Under the pieces are notes generated by a model. That model had not been told where the DNA came from. It saw only the letters and a list, made by a program, of their open reading frames with translations, and ran no database searches. A program made the translations under genes and the position numbers. Of a DNA stretch of 64,000 nucleotides, positions 27,784 through 40,816 are shown piece after piece (within the stretch, counting starts at the first letter, position 1; each line of letters opens with the position of its first letter). This stretch comes from Diadema antillarum (taxonomy: Eukaryota), in the NCBI RefSeq assembly GCF_040938485.1, contig NW_027271072.1, forward strand, positions 1,798,001 to 1,862,000, read 5' to 3'.

Positions 27784-30700
27784 GGGAATACGTGTAAATA
27801 AGTATGCGCGTGTGTGCTTATTCATAAGAGAAAGAGAGAAATAATGGTATTATATTGAAATATTGTAAACTTTTTTTTTTACAGATTTCACTAAGATTTG
27901 ACAACGTCATTTAAACGGAATCAAGACGCGTTCCACAAATTATCCATAAAAAAAGAAAAAAACTTCAGGTGGTTGAACACGATTCTGCCATGTTCATTTC
28001 AGGACGTCTTCGGTTTACTTACATACACCTAAGTATGTACACCTAGACGTAATTTATGAGGATTTGACGTTGGAGGGTAGTACGCGACGGAATGGTTGGC
28101 GGTCAATGTCCCATAACTTATCAGTCAACCCAAAGATTCTTTGCATATCTTAGCGATACGCTCATACCAGAATAGCCCCTCATATGATATCACTGTCGTG
28201 GATAATGTTGATCATGTTGAACTATCTCAATTTCTGTGGCGTAAATNNNNNNNNNNNNNNNNNNNNNNNNNNNNNNNNNNNNNNNNNNNNNNNNNNNNNN
28301 NNNNNNNNNNNNNNNNNNNNNNNNNNNNNNNNNNNNNNNNNNNNNNNNNNNNNNNNNNNNNNNNNNNNNNNNNNNCAATCTGATAGAGACTTTAATATTA
28401 TCAGCTCGACCCATGGACGGCTGTCATGACTGTGTATGGAATGCGACGTTGTCTCCCTTCCATATCCCCCTTTTCTTTCTGGCTGTGAGGGCAGACCTAT
28501 ATTGTGCGGCATTGCCTTGACAGCTCTCCGACTCTCACCTCGGGATCTTAATTGAAAGGCGCGCCGGGTCAGCTCGCCCCGATCCGCCCCGCTAATCGGC
28601 GAGAACAAATGCTGGGGCGCCGATATCCATCAATCACAGTCTGGAGCTAGCTATTACAAGACGGCGCGGCAAGCATGAAAAAAAAAGAATAGAACTGCAT
28701 TTTCGCGCCAGGAAGTACGCGCCACTGCATCTTGCCACTACACAACGAAGAAGTTTGTTATGGAGTCAGAACGTAGGATCTTCTGAAACCTTAGATTGTA
28801 ACTTAAACTCAAACTTGAAAGCTTCAAAATACCGCTTGGCAGAATATCCGATGCAGGGAAAAAAAGAAGAAAAATGTTGACAGCATTTTTTCCTTTCCAA
28901 AACTTTAGGATATTTTGAAGAGGACCGGATAGGCAAAAGACGTCATGATAAACTATGCAACTTTAATGGAGATCGTAACTTGACCAAAATATCGATAACG
29001 AAGTTCTCATATATATATATATAGCGGGGAAACTTCGTTGTGTTCTTCAGATTAAGTGTGGTTCAACGAACGCTACAGCATGCTCTTGGATACTATCGCA
29101 GGAAAAGATTACACAAGGGAAGAGGAAAATGGAATGATAACATGAAGTCGAACGTGTTTATCTAACAAAAAGGTCGTTGTCCCATCTTTGCTCCTTAAGT
29201 ATCACAAACAAAAGTATCATGTTTATAACTTAGCCAAGTATTGGCTTGGGCGAATGCTTGATTAAAATTGTTCAAGTCAAAAAGTTTTATCTGTATGGTG
29301 CAGAGAACCTATCATTATTTCCGGGAATACTTGCGAGTGAAATCCTATTTCGGCAAGTTTGACTTGGAGGTTAAAACAGCAGAAGATACAAAGGTTGACC
29401 GCATCAAATTTGAGAACTTAGAGAAATTAATGAGCGCCAAAGGAAAAAAAAAAAACACACACACGGAAGTTTACAATCATTAAGTCAATTGCATAATTTC
29501 ATTTTCTTCAAATTACATTTCATGCTGTATACATGTACTCTCACAATATGACGGAAGTCGTGTGAAGAACTTCGCTTTAAAACAGGAGAGAAACGTTGTA
29601 TGGTAACCTAGATTTTCTCGTGACGCCGACGCGCCAGCAAGCTGCTTTTCAGTCGGGTTTAGCATGCCCCAGACTCATATGCTTCTTGTGACGACAGCTA
29701 AGGTAGGATCATTGATCTTTCCCGAAATGAGCTGAAGTGGCAACCCAGATTTTTGTCAGGGCTGCAAATGGGTTGGGACCGACAAGAAAATCAGCTCTCA
29801 TCATTCTTCAACACAGCTAATGCGGTTAAACATTCCGTTCCTTTCTACTCCTTTCCCTTGCGCGAGTTCATCAGCTTCGTAGCATTGAACTTTTGGCACT
29901 GTCTAACACGTGGATAATCATTCGCGTTTGGGAGAAGTTGTCGAAAGGACAACCACAAGATAAAATGATTACGCCGTGTGCTTATTAAACGTCCACGGAA
30001 GTGCTGTTTGTATATTTAAAAAAGTATAGCAAATCACTATTTTTCTTGATTTGTGCCATTCCGCTTGTTCTATTCGCGTGTTAATGGGGTGCGTCTTCTA
30101 TGTGCAACTCTGGTATTATGAAAGCTCAGCATTATTCTGTGTGGGTTTTTTTTTTTTTTACCTACATTAATGTTTTTGTGAGTGTGTGTGCGTTTGTATA
30201 AACAGTATTTTGTTGCTGATAAATATGTGTTTGTTATTTGTGTTTGCTGCGTTTTTTGCTGTGTTTTGCTGTCGTGTTTCCTTACCTTTCGCTCAGGGAT
30301 GCACTTAAAGAAGGGCAGCGCTGAAAGAGCCAAATACTGTAAGATGTTTTTAATGGAAGGAAAATTTTCCTGCAATCGATCCGCTTCGATTTCTCCTTAT
30401 ACTTTCGGAGTTTTTTTAAATAAAAAAAAAGAAGAAATCAAAGGAAAAACGCCAAGAAAAAGCATCAACGGTTCCGAGTACAAGGGCTGTCCGCTTGCAT
30501 GCGCAGTGAATTCTGATCACGTTGGCTTGTTTTTGTGCATTATTCATGTTTTATCTACTTTTTGTGTATGCATTCACTCGTGCAGTTTGAAACTGAATTA
30601 TGTTTAAGGGTTATGGAACGGTCACCCAGTATTCTGAAATAATAAGTGTAGGTTTGTACGAACTTCGAGCAGTTCAACTTCGAATTGACACAAGGTAGAC

Positions 30701-31746
30701 AAGCTTAAAAGACAGCACAGGTATAGCATTGTTCAAGTAAGATTAGCACTTTTGTTTAATAATACAAAGACTTGCATCACCTCATTATAGTTCACTTTGT
30801 CAATGTCTGTGTTGTATTTTGCTTTTGTATCCAAGCTTGTGGTTTTCAATAACTTCAAACCAAAATCCAACTTCAATATACATACTTTCGTTACGTCAAT
30901 TCTTGTATAGCATTACGACATTCCAAGGCATCTTGCCATAATTGCCCTTTACCAAGTTTACTTCTGGTTTAGATGTTTGACTTCCTGTTTTTTCTACTCG
31001 TGTTTCTGTAAAACTTGATTCGCCCTCATAAACATATATTATCTTTTACATCAAGTTCTTTTAAGCCTTTATGTCTGTTTTAGGGGTTGTGTGCTTCGAT
31101 ATTTTGTTTCTTGCTTTTTATTTCAAATCTTGACTCTACAAACAGACCAGACACGAGATGGCATGGCACGGATTAAAGTGTAATGTAGCGAGAAAGAAGA
31201 TGAAATTTGTAGGGCCTACTCGTCCATAATGCATTAAGGCTGCCCGCGGTGTCGCCAACTCCGTGTGACAGCTGGTATTAGAAAGTGATGCATTCGCTTG
31301 TCTCGGTTTTATGCTGAATCGGAACGGACGCGCCATCACCCCTTGGTGGCTTGCTGGTTATCACCAGTGTCGTTCCTGTGACATAGCGAAGCATTTTTAT
31401 AACGCGACTTGACTTTGCATTTTAATGTAATCTTTATAGCACAGTACATGACATATATATATATATATTATATATGCATCAGTTGATAGATTGCACATAA
31501 CATATAATATGAAAACTTTCTTCTAGTTGCTTGAGTTTTTTGTTGTTTCAATTCTTTGACGTTCCCCACACCATGCGATCCGATTTCGAATTGACGATTA
31601 AAATGCAGTTTTCTATGTTTTTCGCTCCTCATCTGCGATTTAACCATAATAGCACGAGAGATCTGTCTAATTGAAATGGAATCGCAATGTGTCTCTTCAC
31701 TCTCACTAACTTTATTTGCATTCTTCTTTTTTCCCCCTCCTGACAG

Positions 31747-31941
31747 GTTTTGGCCAGAGGCACCATGGCGGGGCGGACGTCGGCGGCATCAACGAGCCAC
31801 GTGTCTACGACGACTTCGCTGCAGCAGGCGGGGGTGGTCGTGGTCGAATACGGCGTCTCCTTGAGGTCTCCTCGAGTCCCGGGCTGGACTTTGTCACGGA
31901 CGGTGGGGTTCACGAAGAGGAGATCAACTGCACGCCATCAA
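31747..31941 (+). CDS. SLC24A: Internal coding exon (exon-2 equivalent) of a K+-dependent Na+/Ca2+ exchanger (SLC24/NCKX3/4/5-like), N-terminal extracellular loop
   Basis: Branch-point-like CACTAAC (31704-31710), polypyrimidine tract and ...tgacAG acceptor; A|GTGAGT donor. The exon is 195 bp, phase 1 to phase 1, GC-rich and open: (xG)FGQRHHGGADVGGINEPRVYDDFAAAGGGGRGRIRRLLEVSSSPGLDFVTDGGVHEEEINCTPS. The RRLL...NCTP motif precedes the NCKX 'IxEFPxDxF' motif found in the next exon. The paralog (A3/A4/A5) cannot be resolved. Confidence 0.88.
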
Positions 31942-33846
31942 GTGAGTGAACACGGAACGCTCGAAATAGCCAATGAAGCTCGCACGTTTGTTAATTGTAT
32001 GATATTAGAGTGTATAAGTGTGTGAAAATGTTTGCTTTATTGATTTGAATACGAATAAAAATTCGTTACCAGCCGTGAGGGTGTTTTTTAATCAAGTCCG
32101 TATATATATATGTGTTTGTGTGTGTGTGTGTGTACTTAAACAAAATATAATTTTATAATATGATTTATGTAATTCAATAATTCAGTATAATCATATCATT
32201 ACAATGCTCATATGTGTAATGGTGTGAAAATCATTAGCACAGGTTATTATCATTGGGATTTCAGCACTTCTTATGTTCATTCTTTCGCTGTATGAGTTAA
32301 CATTTCAATTCTTGGAGCGCAGCATTATACTCGAGCACTCTTGCACCCACGCTGTCACGCAGTTATGAATATGCGTGTACACTGTTTTCGTTTTGGTGAA
32401 CAATAATTGCTCAAGTTCAAAGAGAAAATGATTAGATGGAGTAGAAATGGAGATTAACTTCTTGGATACTCCGGCGGGGAACTGAGCTCGTTTTCTGCGC
32501 ATCAACTGCGGGGATAGTGTGACGTCACGAATCTATCAATGTGATCATTATCTTCGAACAAAGTAATAAAAGCAACTTCCTGAACGGAGTACCGTTCGTC
32601 CCGATGATGTTTTGATGATAATACTGATTTGACTCGATCTGAACAGAGTCATAGCGGATAAATATCGCCGATGTTGTGGTTTTGTGCTGGTTTATTTTTT
32701 TTTTCCCAAAGTGCCCCAATACATAGATGCACCGAGGGAAGCGACACTGGAAAGTGTTGTATGGTTGTAATGTTGACATTTAATCTCCCAAGTCTATGCC
32801 AACTCATCCTTTATATTGCCACATGGCAAAACCCTTCAAAACTCGCTATGCCTCCTCAGCCAGCTCAGCCATCTCCGCAGTTCGGCATTTTGTGAAATGT
32901 CACGTAAACAGGGGCGTCGGTGACAAACGGAAATAAACGTTCGTCTGCCCGAGACAAAGGCAAGCGGACGCCGGTAAAGTGCAAAGACAGGTGCGTTTGG
33001 GAGCCCGATCAGGAAACAATGAATTTCGGTCGAGTAGACCCGCACCTAGGTGAGGGGGAGGGGGAGGGGGGACCCAAGACACAGAGGGAGGCATAGGGGA
33101 AAAAAGTGATGCTAATTGACTGAAACAACCTTATGAGGTATTTTACCCGAATAGAGAAATGGAGAGAAAAAGATAGAGATTAAAAGCGCTGTTACCAAGT
33201 GATAAACAACAGAATTACGAGGGTTTCTTTCCTATGCTAAGATAATTTGCTCACGTATATACTTCTCTATAATATGCATCCCCCAAACATTCAGAGGCAT
33301 GGGTGTTACAATGACATTTTACCACTATACGCAAGCGCGAAGAAGCTTTTATGTTTAGCTGCTTCAAAATTTTGAATAATGCAGCTAAAGGCATAATAAT
33401 GCAATTTATTCTGATTTGATTCATCATGATACTACACATTGTATGAGGATGATTTGAATGTGAGAGTTTTGTTTTCTTTTAATGCAATCACATACACGAA
33501 TACATGTGGAAGACGTCGCCAACTTGAATGGAATTTAAAAAAAATCACATACATTCTCCAGTTGCCACATACACTGGTCACAGAAATCTACTGACCTTTT
33601 GCAAATCTGGCAAGTGTTACGTGCTTACGCGGAGACCTCCGAACCTCCCTCTGTTTCATGCAAGGTCCGAAATTTCGTTATGAGGTGGGTAGCGGAGATG
33701 CCGTACTGTATGAACTGAAAAAACAAAAACAAAAACAAAACACAAATCAATAATAGTAACAGAATAGTGATAGTGATAGTCCATGGTCGTAGGCATTGCC
33801 GTAGTCTTAGTCGTAGTCGTAGTCGTAGTCGTAGTCATGGTTATAG

Positions 33847-34297
33847 CAGGGCTCGACACTTACGGTGGCCCGGTGGCCCGGGGCCACCACAATTGAAAGT
33901 CGGGCCACCAAATTTCAAAAAAGGGCAATTTTGGTGGCCCGCCTACCACCAAAATTTTTTGAAAAGTACGTCAATTAATTCGTAACTTTTTACCCCGGAA
34001 ATTATCAGTTATATTTGTTTAAAGGATGGATGAAAAGGACTGACTGAGTGCCTGAGAGTGAGTGTTGCGAGTTGTTGAGGTTTATTTATGAGTAGATGTA
34101 TGTCCAACTTCCAGTTCTTACTATGGCTGGATAAAACTTAGATATTTGACTCATTAAAAAAAAACAGGACTTTTAATGTTTTTTATTGTTTTTTTTCGGG
34201 GCCACCAAATTTTTCTCTCGGGCCACCAAAAATTTGAAATTGAGGATTTTGGTGGCCCCATCGGGCCACCAAACAAAAAAGTTAGTGTCGAGCCCTG
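33847..34297. mobile_element. hAT-like MITE (451 bp)
   Basis: Perfect 14-bp TIR CAGGGCTCGACACT / AGTGTCGAGCCCTG. Flanks GTTATAG / GTTTTAG look like a TSD with 1 mismatch. About 9 subterminal GGTGGCCC/GGGCCACC repeats. The superfamily assignment is an inference. Confidence 0.8.
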
Positions 34298-35254
34298 GTT
34301 TTAGTAATGATGTTGATTACAATAATAATGGGGAAAACAGTGCGATCTAAATACATTACTGAATCAGCCAGAAAGGGAAAGAAAGTAAAAATGACAAAAT
34401 AGATCAGGGGGCTCCACGACAGAAATGTTGGTCTTTATTTGAATGCTATCAGTTAGCTAGTTTATGTCAGCAACTGAGACACTTCGTAGACAGAAACAGA
34501 TATTATGCAAGTAAAATTGCATTATCATGATTATGGGTATACGCTAAATTGCAAAATTACTCGTCCCATAATAATCATTATGAAAAAAAAAGCTCTACCA
34601 TGGGAGGGGACGCCACCACCCACACCTCCGCCACCATTCGGTTGTATGTTGTCTCGCAGTTACTCACTCCTAGCCAGTTGAGAAACTTGGCATCTCTGTT
34701 GAAACCTATTACAGCAGTCCCAGTCTGTTCACATCTACGGCCGATCAGGGGAAAGTTCAGGCGTACCGGCGGACTGTAACCAGATGCGTTGACCATTACC
34801 CTGCACAAACAGAATAAAGCGGCTGCCGAGATAAGTACGGCAAGTCTTAGCAAACATTACACCACTGAGAGAGAGAGAAAAAAAAAGGGGTGGGGAAGGA
34901 TAGAAAAAAGATAGGAAAGAACAAAATGGAGGAGAAGGAGACGAAGAGAAAATATTTCCTTTCAAAGCACCATTCCAGAGAGATGGGGGGTACTCCTTTC
35001 GGATGGCGTCTCAAAACGAGGGGGTTTGGACTGATCCTTTAGCAGGCAGAGTTATACACCGAACGCGAAAGACGTCTTGGAAGAATGGGAGATGGGTAGT
35101 TGAGTAAATAGATAGACAGATAGATAGATAGACAGATAGATGGAAAAGAGAGAGAGAGAGAGGGATGTAGAAGGGGGGTGAGATAGGGAGAGATAGAAGA
35201 GATGTGAATGTTACTCGTCATGCAGGAGAAAACTCATATGATTATTTTTTTTTT

Positions 35255-35798
35255 AGGACAAGGTCACCCAAATAATATGTGTGTGGATTGAGTGGATGCA
35301 GCAATATTAGTACAACACATCAGTGAAGGTTTTGAGGAAAATCGGACAATCCGTTCAAAAGTTTCTGTGCAGCCACCGCTGGATGAGAAGACTACTGCAG
35401 TCTGTGATGTCACGTATCTACAACGATAACAATAAAGGAAATATAAAGAGAATTCCACAACATTTCATTTTTTTAAATTGAAAATTGTACTTTTTTTCGA
35501 CTTGTTACTGGCACATGTTAAGGGTAATACTGATCCCCCTGCTTTCTGAAGGACGTACGTAAGTAACGCGCTCTTTCATTTTTTTGCTGGAAGTATGAAA
35601 ATATGCAATTATATCGTTGTCCATACGTGACTTTATATACTATAGTATCTCATGCATCCAGCGATGACTGTGCAGATTCTTACAAATTGCATAACTTTTG
35701 AACAGATTGTCCGATTTTCCTCAAACTTTGACTGATGCGTTGTACTGATATTGGTGCATTCACTCAATCCACACACACACATTGGGTGAACTTGTCCT
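35255..35798. mobile_element. Foldback Kolobok-like MITE with ~150-bp imperfect inverted arms
   Basis: Left arm AGGACAAGGTCACCCAAAT...GAGGAAAATCGGACAATCCGTTCAAAAGTT matches the rc of the right arm AGGACAAGTTCACCCAATG...GAGGAAAATCGGACAATCTGTTCAAAAGTT. TTAA at 35799-35802; the left TSD is degenerate (TTTT). Confidence 0.82.
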
Positions 35799-38700
35799 TT
35801 AAACACTAATAATATGATGGGATGAAAAAGGTATGCTAGTAAAGTAAAGTAGAGCATCTCTCTTTCAAGATAAGGTGAAAGAAAATACCAGAGTAGAATT
35901 AATATTCCCGGAATAAGCGTTTACAGTATTATAACAGGTGAAGCTCTATGTAGATACCAAAGATATCAAATGACAGAATAGAGTGTACATCAACATCTTG
36001 AAACCGGCACGGCTTGGAAGAAAAATACCCAGGCCGTTAATAACGCTTAACATGCAGGATGATTTGAAATCGACGAAGGGGATAGCCCAGATATACCTCG
36101 ATCTGTTAAAAGCTTATTTTTATGCCGTCAGAGACGGAAAAAAAAAAATATATAGCGCGTATAAGAAGCCCACCAATCCATTGCTGTGTAAACAAGAGCG
36201 AGCATACGGAGATGCGAGCGCGCGCTGGCGGAACGCGAAGATGATGCCAAGTGTAAACAGAGGATGCAAATAGCGAAGGGCCCGGACTGAGCGGATGAAT
36301 GCTTTGGTAATAGCGGACGGGGCCTTATCGTTCTGACCATCACCATTCGGTCGTGCCATCCGATTGATTTACGAGTTACGATTTACGCTTTCGATTTACA
36401 TAAAGAATCGGCAGCATTGACCCATCTTATTCGGGACACTGCAATCATTGTTGGTTGTAAAAAAAAAGAAGTTACAAAGCAGCAACCAGTACAATGCATT
36501 CCATACATGTCATTGTTTTATTTTCAATTTATTTTTTATTCAATATCGATCTCATAGCCTATGAAACCTTGTCCCTATCCAAGTTCCAAGATAACGAATT
36601 GTGCACAGATAAATTTGTTTTTTTTTTAATTGTGTCTTTGTTTGTTTGTGTTTTGCTTGCTTTTGGTTGATCACGCTTTACATGCTTTAGGAGATACTAA
36701 TGTGAAGAATTTGTACTGGGAAATATGCTTATCGTATTTGAATCAAGAATCCAAAGATGATTGGATTGCGAAAAATAGTATTATTGGAATATTGTAATTA
36801 TATATCTGAGCTTCGTATTTTCCGCCATATTGATGATCAAACTGTATAGGAGCGATTCCCAAACTCCACATTACTTTAGCTGAAGCCATGATTATCACTC
36901 GGAGCACAGTGCGACGTTAGTATTCGCATCGAGTCGCACAGGTGCAGCAGCCTACTTTGATTTCATGGAAGCTTCTCCACCCCTATATAAATGCGATTTA
37001 TGTGATTAGCTCCGTCGCTTGGCAGCCCTCATTGAGTCAAGGAACAAGGCATAAATTTCATAAGAGAGCGTCGTTAAAGATAATGTGCGCGAGGATGCAG
37101 AGTTCAATTAACAGAGAGTCTGCACGTACTAAAAAAACCAACAACAATTGAATGTGATGGACGAAAATATACTCGCCTTCTTGAGGGTAGACCGAAACCT
37201 TCTGAAGACATTTTTTTTTTCGTAACTAGGATTCTTACTACGCATGCGCAGTAAATGAGAGTTATAGTGGCGATATATCGATACTGTGATTGATGTTGAC
37301 AAAGTTTGTAGTACGCAAGGACTACCAAGTTGGACGAGCTGTGCTTTTCTTGGAGACCTAGGCACACACAGACACAATCAAGGAGACCCCAGGGTGTATT
37401 GAGAGCATTACATAATCGTTCGAAGAGTTGCATCCCCGCAAGAATAGTTTATAGTTTATCAACATGATATCAATAGCTTAAACACGGTGTTTAAGGTCGA
37501 AGATCCCTTTCAACGGCACGAAATTTTGCTTGATTGAAGAATAATGTACCCCAACATTGATCGTTGAATACAAAAGTCTTACGGTAATACAACTCAGAGT
37601 TTAAAAGGAAAGAAATGAAAAACTAACCCCATGTTACTCGAGAATATGCTCCCTTTTGTGCAGAGAATAACGGTTGGATTTTTTTTTTCGGGATCCAGAT
37701 ACATTTTCTGGAAGTCTACAGTATTGTTTCTCTCTCTATATGCATAAAGAAGTTTCCATTTTTATTATTCTGAGAAAAGTCTGAATTGCCTACCTCTGCA
37801 ATATACCAGCGTACGAAAAAAAATCTAGTTTTCACGGTTGCAAAAAGGGAAACACGAACTTTAATTGTGACGCAGGTGTTGTCTGTAGATCCGCTATACC
37901 CACACCAAAATGGAAAAAAGAAAAAACAAAAGAAAACTCAGACAAGTATTTACCTTCTTAATTAAACAGTAATGTCTAGAAGAAAACTATCTATGATAGC
38001 AGACAAACCAAAACGTAATGATAATGCGCCATACTCCATGCTGTGTATCAACAGTACAACAATATTATTGTGCGGATGTTATAGTTACATGGAAGTGATA
38101 TGTGATCATCGTTACTATCTACGCGTGTTTCATCAATCAGATAATAGAGTTGAAAGCGTGAAAGGCGCTCTTGAAAAAGAAAACACAACAGCGGTGTTTG
38201 TATGTGTAGTGTTTTTTTTTATATAACGGTGATTATCTGACACTTCTAATCTTATCCGAAAATGGATTCACGCAGGATAATCCAAGGCATCTGACTGTGA
38301 ATTGTTGTCATATTCATGCTATTTGTGAACGTATAGTGTTGGTGACTTTAACAGATTACTTCAATAAAGCCCAGAAGGCTGAGAAAGCGCCAAATGGTTA
38401 GACGAAAAGAGAAATAGATAATAGACTATAAACCGAATGATGCTTGAAATGAAACAAGAAGAAGTTATTTTTAGTAATGATAGATCATAATGCTAATTCC
38501 ATTATAATGCATTATTGGAAAGGTATCACTATCACAAAGAACAACTGGAATTCCAAAGAATTCATTTTTTTTTTGGCCATTATGAAATCCCGTTTCTGTT
38601 TCAATGACTTAGATTTGCACATGCGATTTCGTCACAGCATGCAATCATCATATCTATAAGAAGATGGTGAAAAGAGTGTTAGGATTAACATTAGTACCAT

Positions 38701-40762
38701 CTTTATAATACTTGCTTCCCTCAGTGCACTTCTGCATAGGGGCACTTTGGGGGCAAAAAACCCGCAACACAAAACCACGAAATCGGTGATATTCATTAGA
38801 GAGTTATTTTATCTTTAAACACCCAGAGTAGCGTAATTCGCCGCCGCGTTATGCAATTTTACGCGCATCCGGGCGTGTTAAGCGATGAGGGAGAGGGGGT
38901 CTCGCCCGCAGCAAGAGGGCTTCAAACTTTGCTGGAGCTCAAAGTGTACAGTAAGAAACGGCCTGAAATCGCATTCCAGACATCCGCTCGCACTGGTTGA
39001 TGCACGCTGCAACGAGCACTGCCTTCTGAAGCATGTCGCAGAGCATTAATTTGCACCATCGACTTAGCTCTTTACTCGCGTCACTGCCACTTTGTGTTCC
39101 CCGATGAGGAAGAAATCATGAAACAAAACAACAGAATAAACAAACAAAACAAAACAAGCTCGCTGAAGTTAAGGTGGTAGAAGCGGATTGTCGCAATTCA
39201 CCAACCAAAAAGTTATACACAATATTATTGTTTGATGTGATTAGTGTAGGCGCTCGTTTCTTGCATTAATTTTGCTTTAAGCCTGAATTTCTCAGAATAT
39301 TTTATCGTGACTTGTGACAAACCAAAGTGTCTAAGAACAATCTTTATTGTCATAAATTTGAAGTGACAAGACATGATAAATTATGATAGTTTATGTATTT
39401 GTAAGTGCTGTTTTTATCGCGTATTCGTTGCAAATTCTCCTGATGATAAGTTATTATATGTATGATGGTGTTACTTTTTTGTTTCCGGTGTTTTCCATGG
39501 TAATACTATCTGTCACTGACCTTCCTGTCGTTTGCATCACCTCATAATTTTGATGGGAATTAGTGATAAAAAGACAGCAAATATCTTCTTGATTCGTTTC
39601 CTCTACTTTCGTCACCACTCCTCCTTTTTGCTTTTTTGCTTCTTTCTTTTTTTTTTTTTTTTGGGGGGGGGGGGGTAAAACTATTCTTCTAATAGAAAAA
39701 ATATTAAGTTCTTTAATCATATATGACTGCAGGTTGTGACCTCTTTACAACGCAGTGTTCATCGTTTGTTTGTTTTTTCAATCATCATATTTACACAGAA
39801 GTATCATTATGCAGTCATTACCACTGTTAAAACCCACTTGTGTCATCTTAGATACGGTCCCAGAGTGACAATCATGTCATAACGGCGTCATTGACGTTCA
39901 TGGAATCAATATTTGCTGTACTCGGTGGAGTTGTTCAATTTGGTTAGGTTTATTGGGTACGTTAATGGTTTATATGTGTGTGTGTGTGTGTGTGTTCTGT
40001 TCTGTTTTGTTTTATTTTCTTTTGTTTTTGTTTCGTTTTTCGTTTTCGTTTTTATTTTATTTTGTTTTGCTTTTGCTTTGTTTGCTTTGTTTTGTTTTGT
40101 TTTGTTGTCTTTTTTTTTTGGGGGGGGGGGGGGGGAGGGAGTGGTGGGAGGCTCTCTTCATGGATAGATATTCCCGAATCTGTCATCTTCTTGCGACTGG
40201 ACCGGTCAGATTTTGCCCTCGCAGCCGATCAGTGCTCCTCATCCCCTATAGTGCTCAGTCCGTATCCCGCTCTATTAGCCTCATCCGGTCTTCCTGCCTC
40301 TAATGCTGACCCTAAGCAACGATGCACGCGATGATAACACCTTACTCTCTCAAGCTCTCCCTCTCTCTTCATCTTGCCCTCACTTCTCTTTCTATCCTTA
40401 TATTTTCTCCTTACTTTGTTGGGTTTACCTTTTATCTCTCCTCCTCGCTTTTTTTCACTCCCCTTCCCTCTCCCTCCCTTTTCTCTTTCTACTTTGCTAT
40501 CTCCTGATTTGTCAAATGTTTGGCTTGGATTTCCTTTCCATCTCTGATCCCCCTCTTTCTCTATCTAATATGTCTTCCTCTAACACTCTCCCTATATGTT
40601 AACCTAATCCCACTTTAGATACTCCGTAACCATGGACTTTCCTGTGATAAAGCCAAATATCAGCCATCCTGCACGCAGATATAAAGTATACATCTGCTGA
40701 CCCTTCCGACCACCTTTCTCTTTTAGATCTATTTTGACTTCTACTTTCTCTCACTCGTTTTT

Positions 40763-40816
<54 letters not shown>

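Noticed and set aside
34578-34853. Full 91-aa minus ORF read as a neuropeptide precursor (signal peptide + ...LIGRR)
   Set aside because: It starts at TTG rather than ATG, and the apparent signal peptide overlaps a splice-acceptor-like tract. Only the internal exon hypothesis is kept, as a finding.
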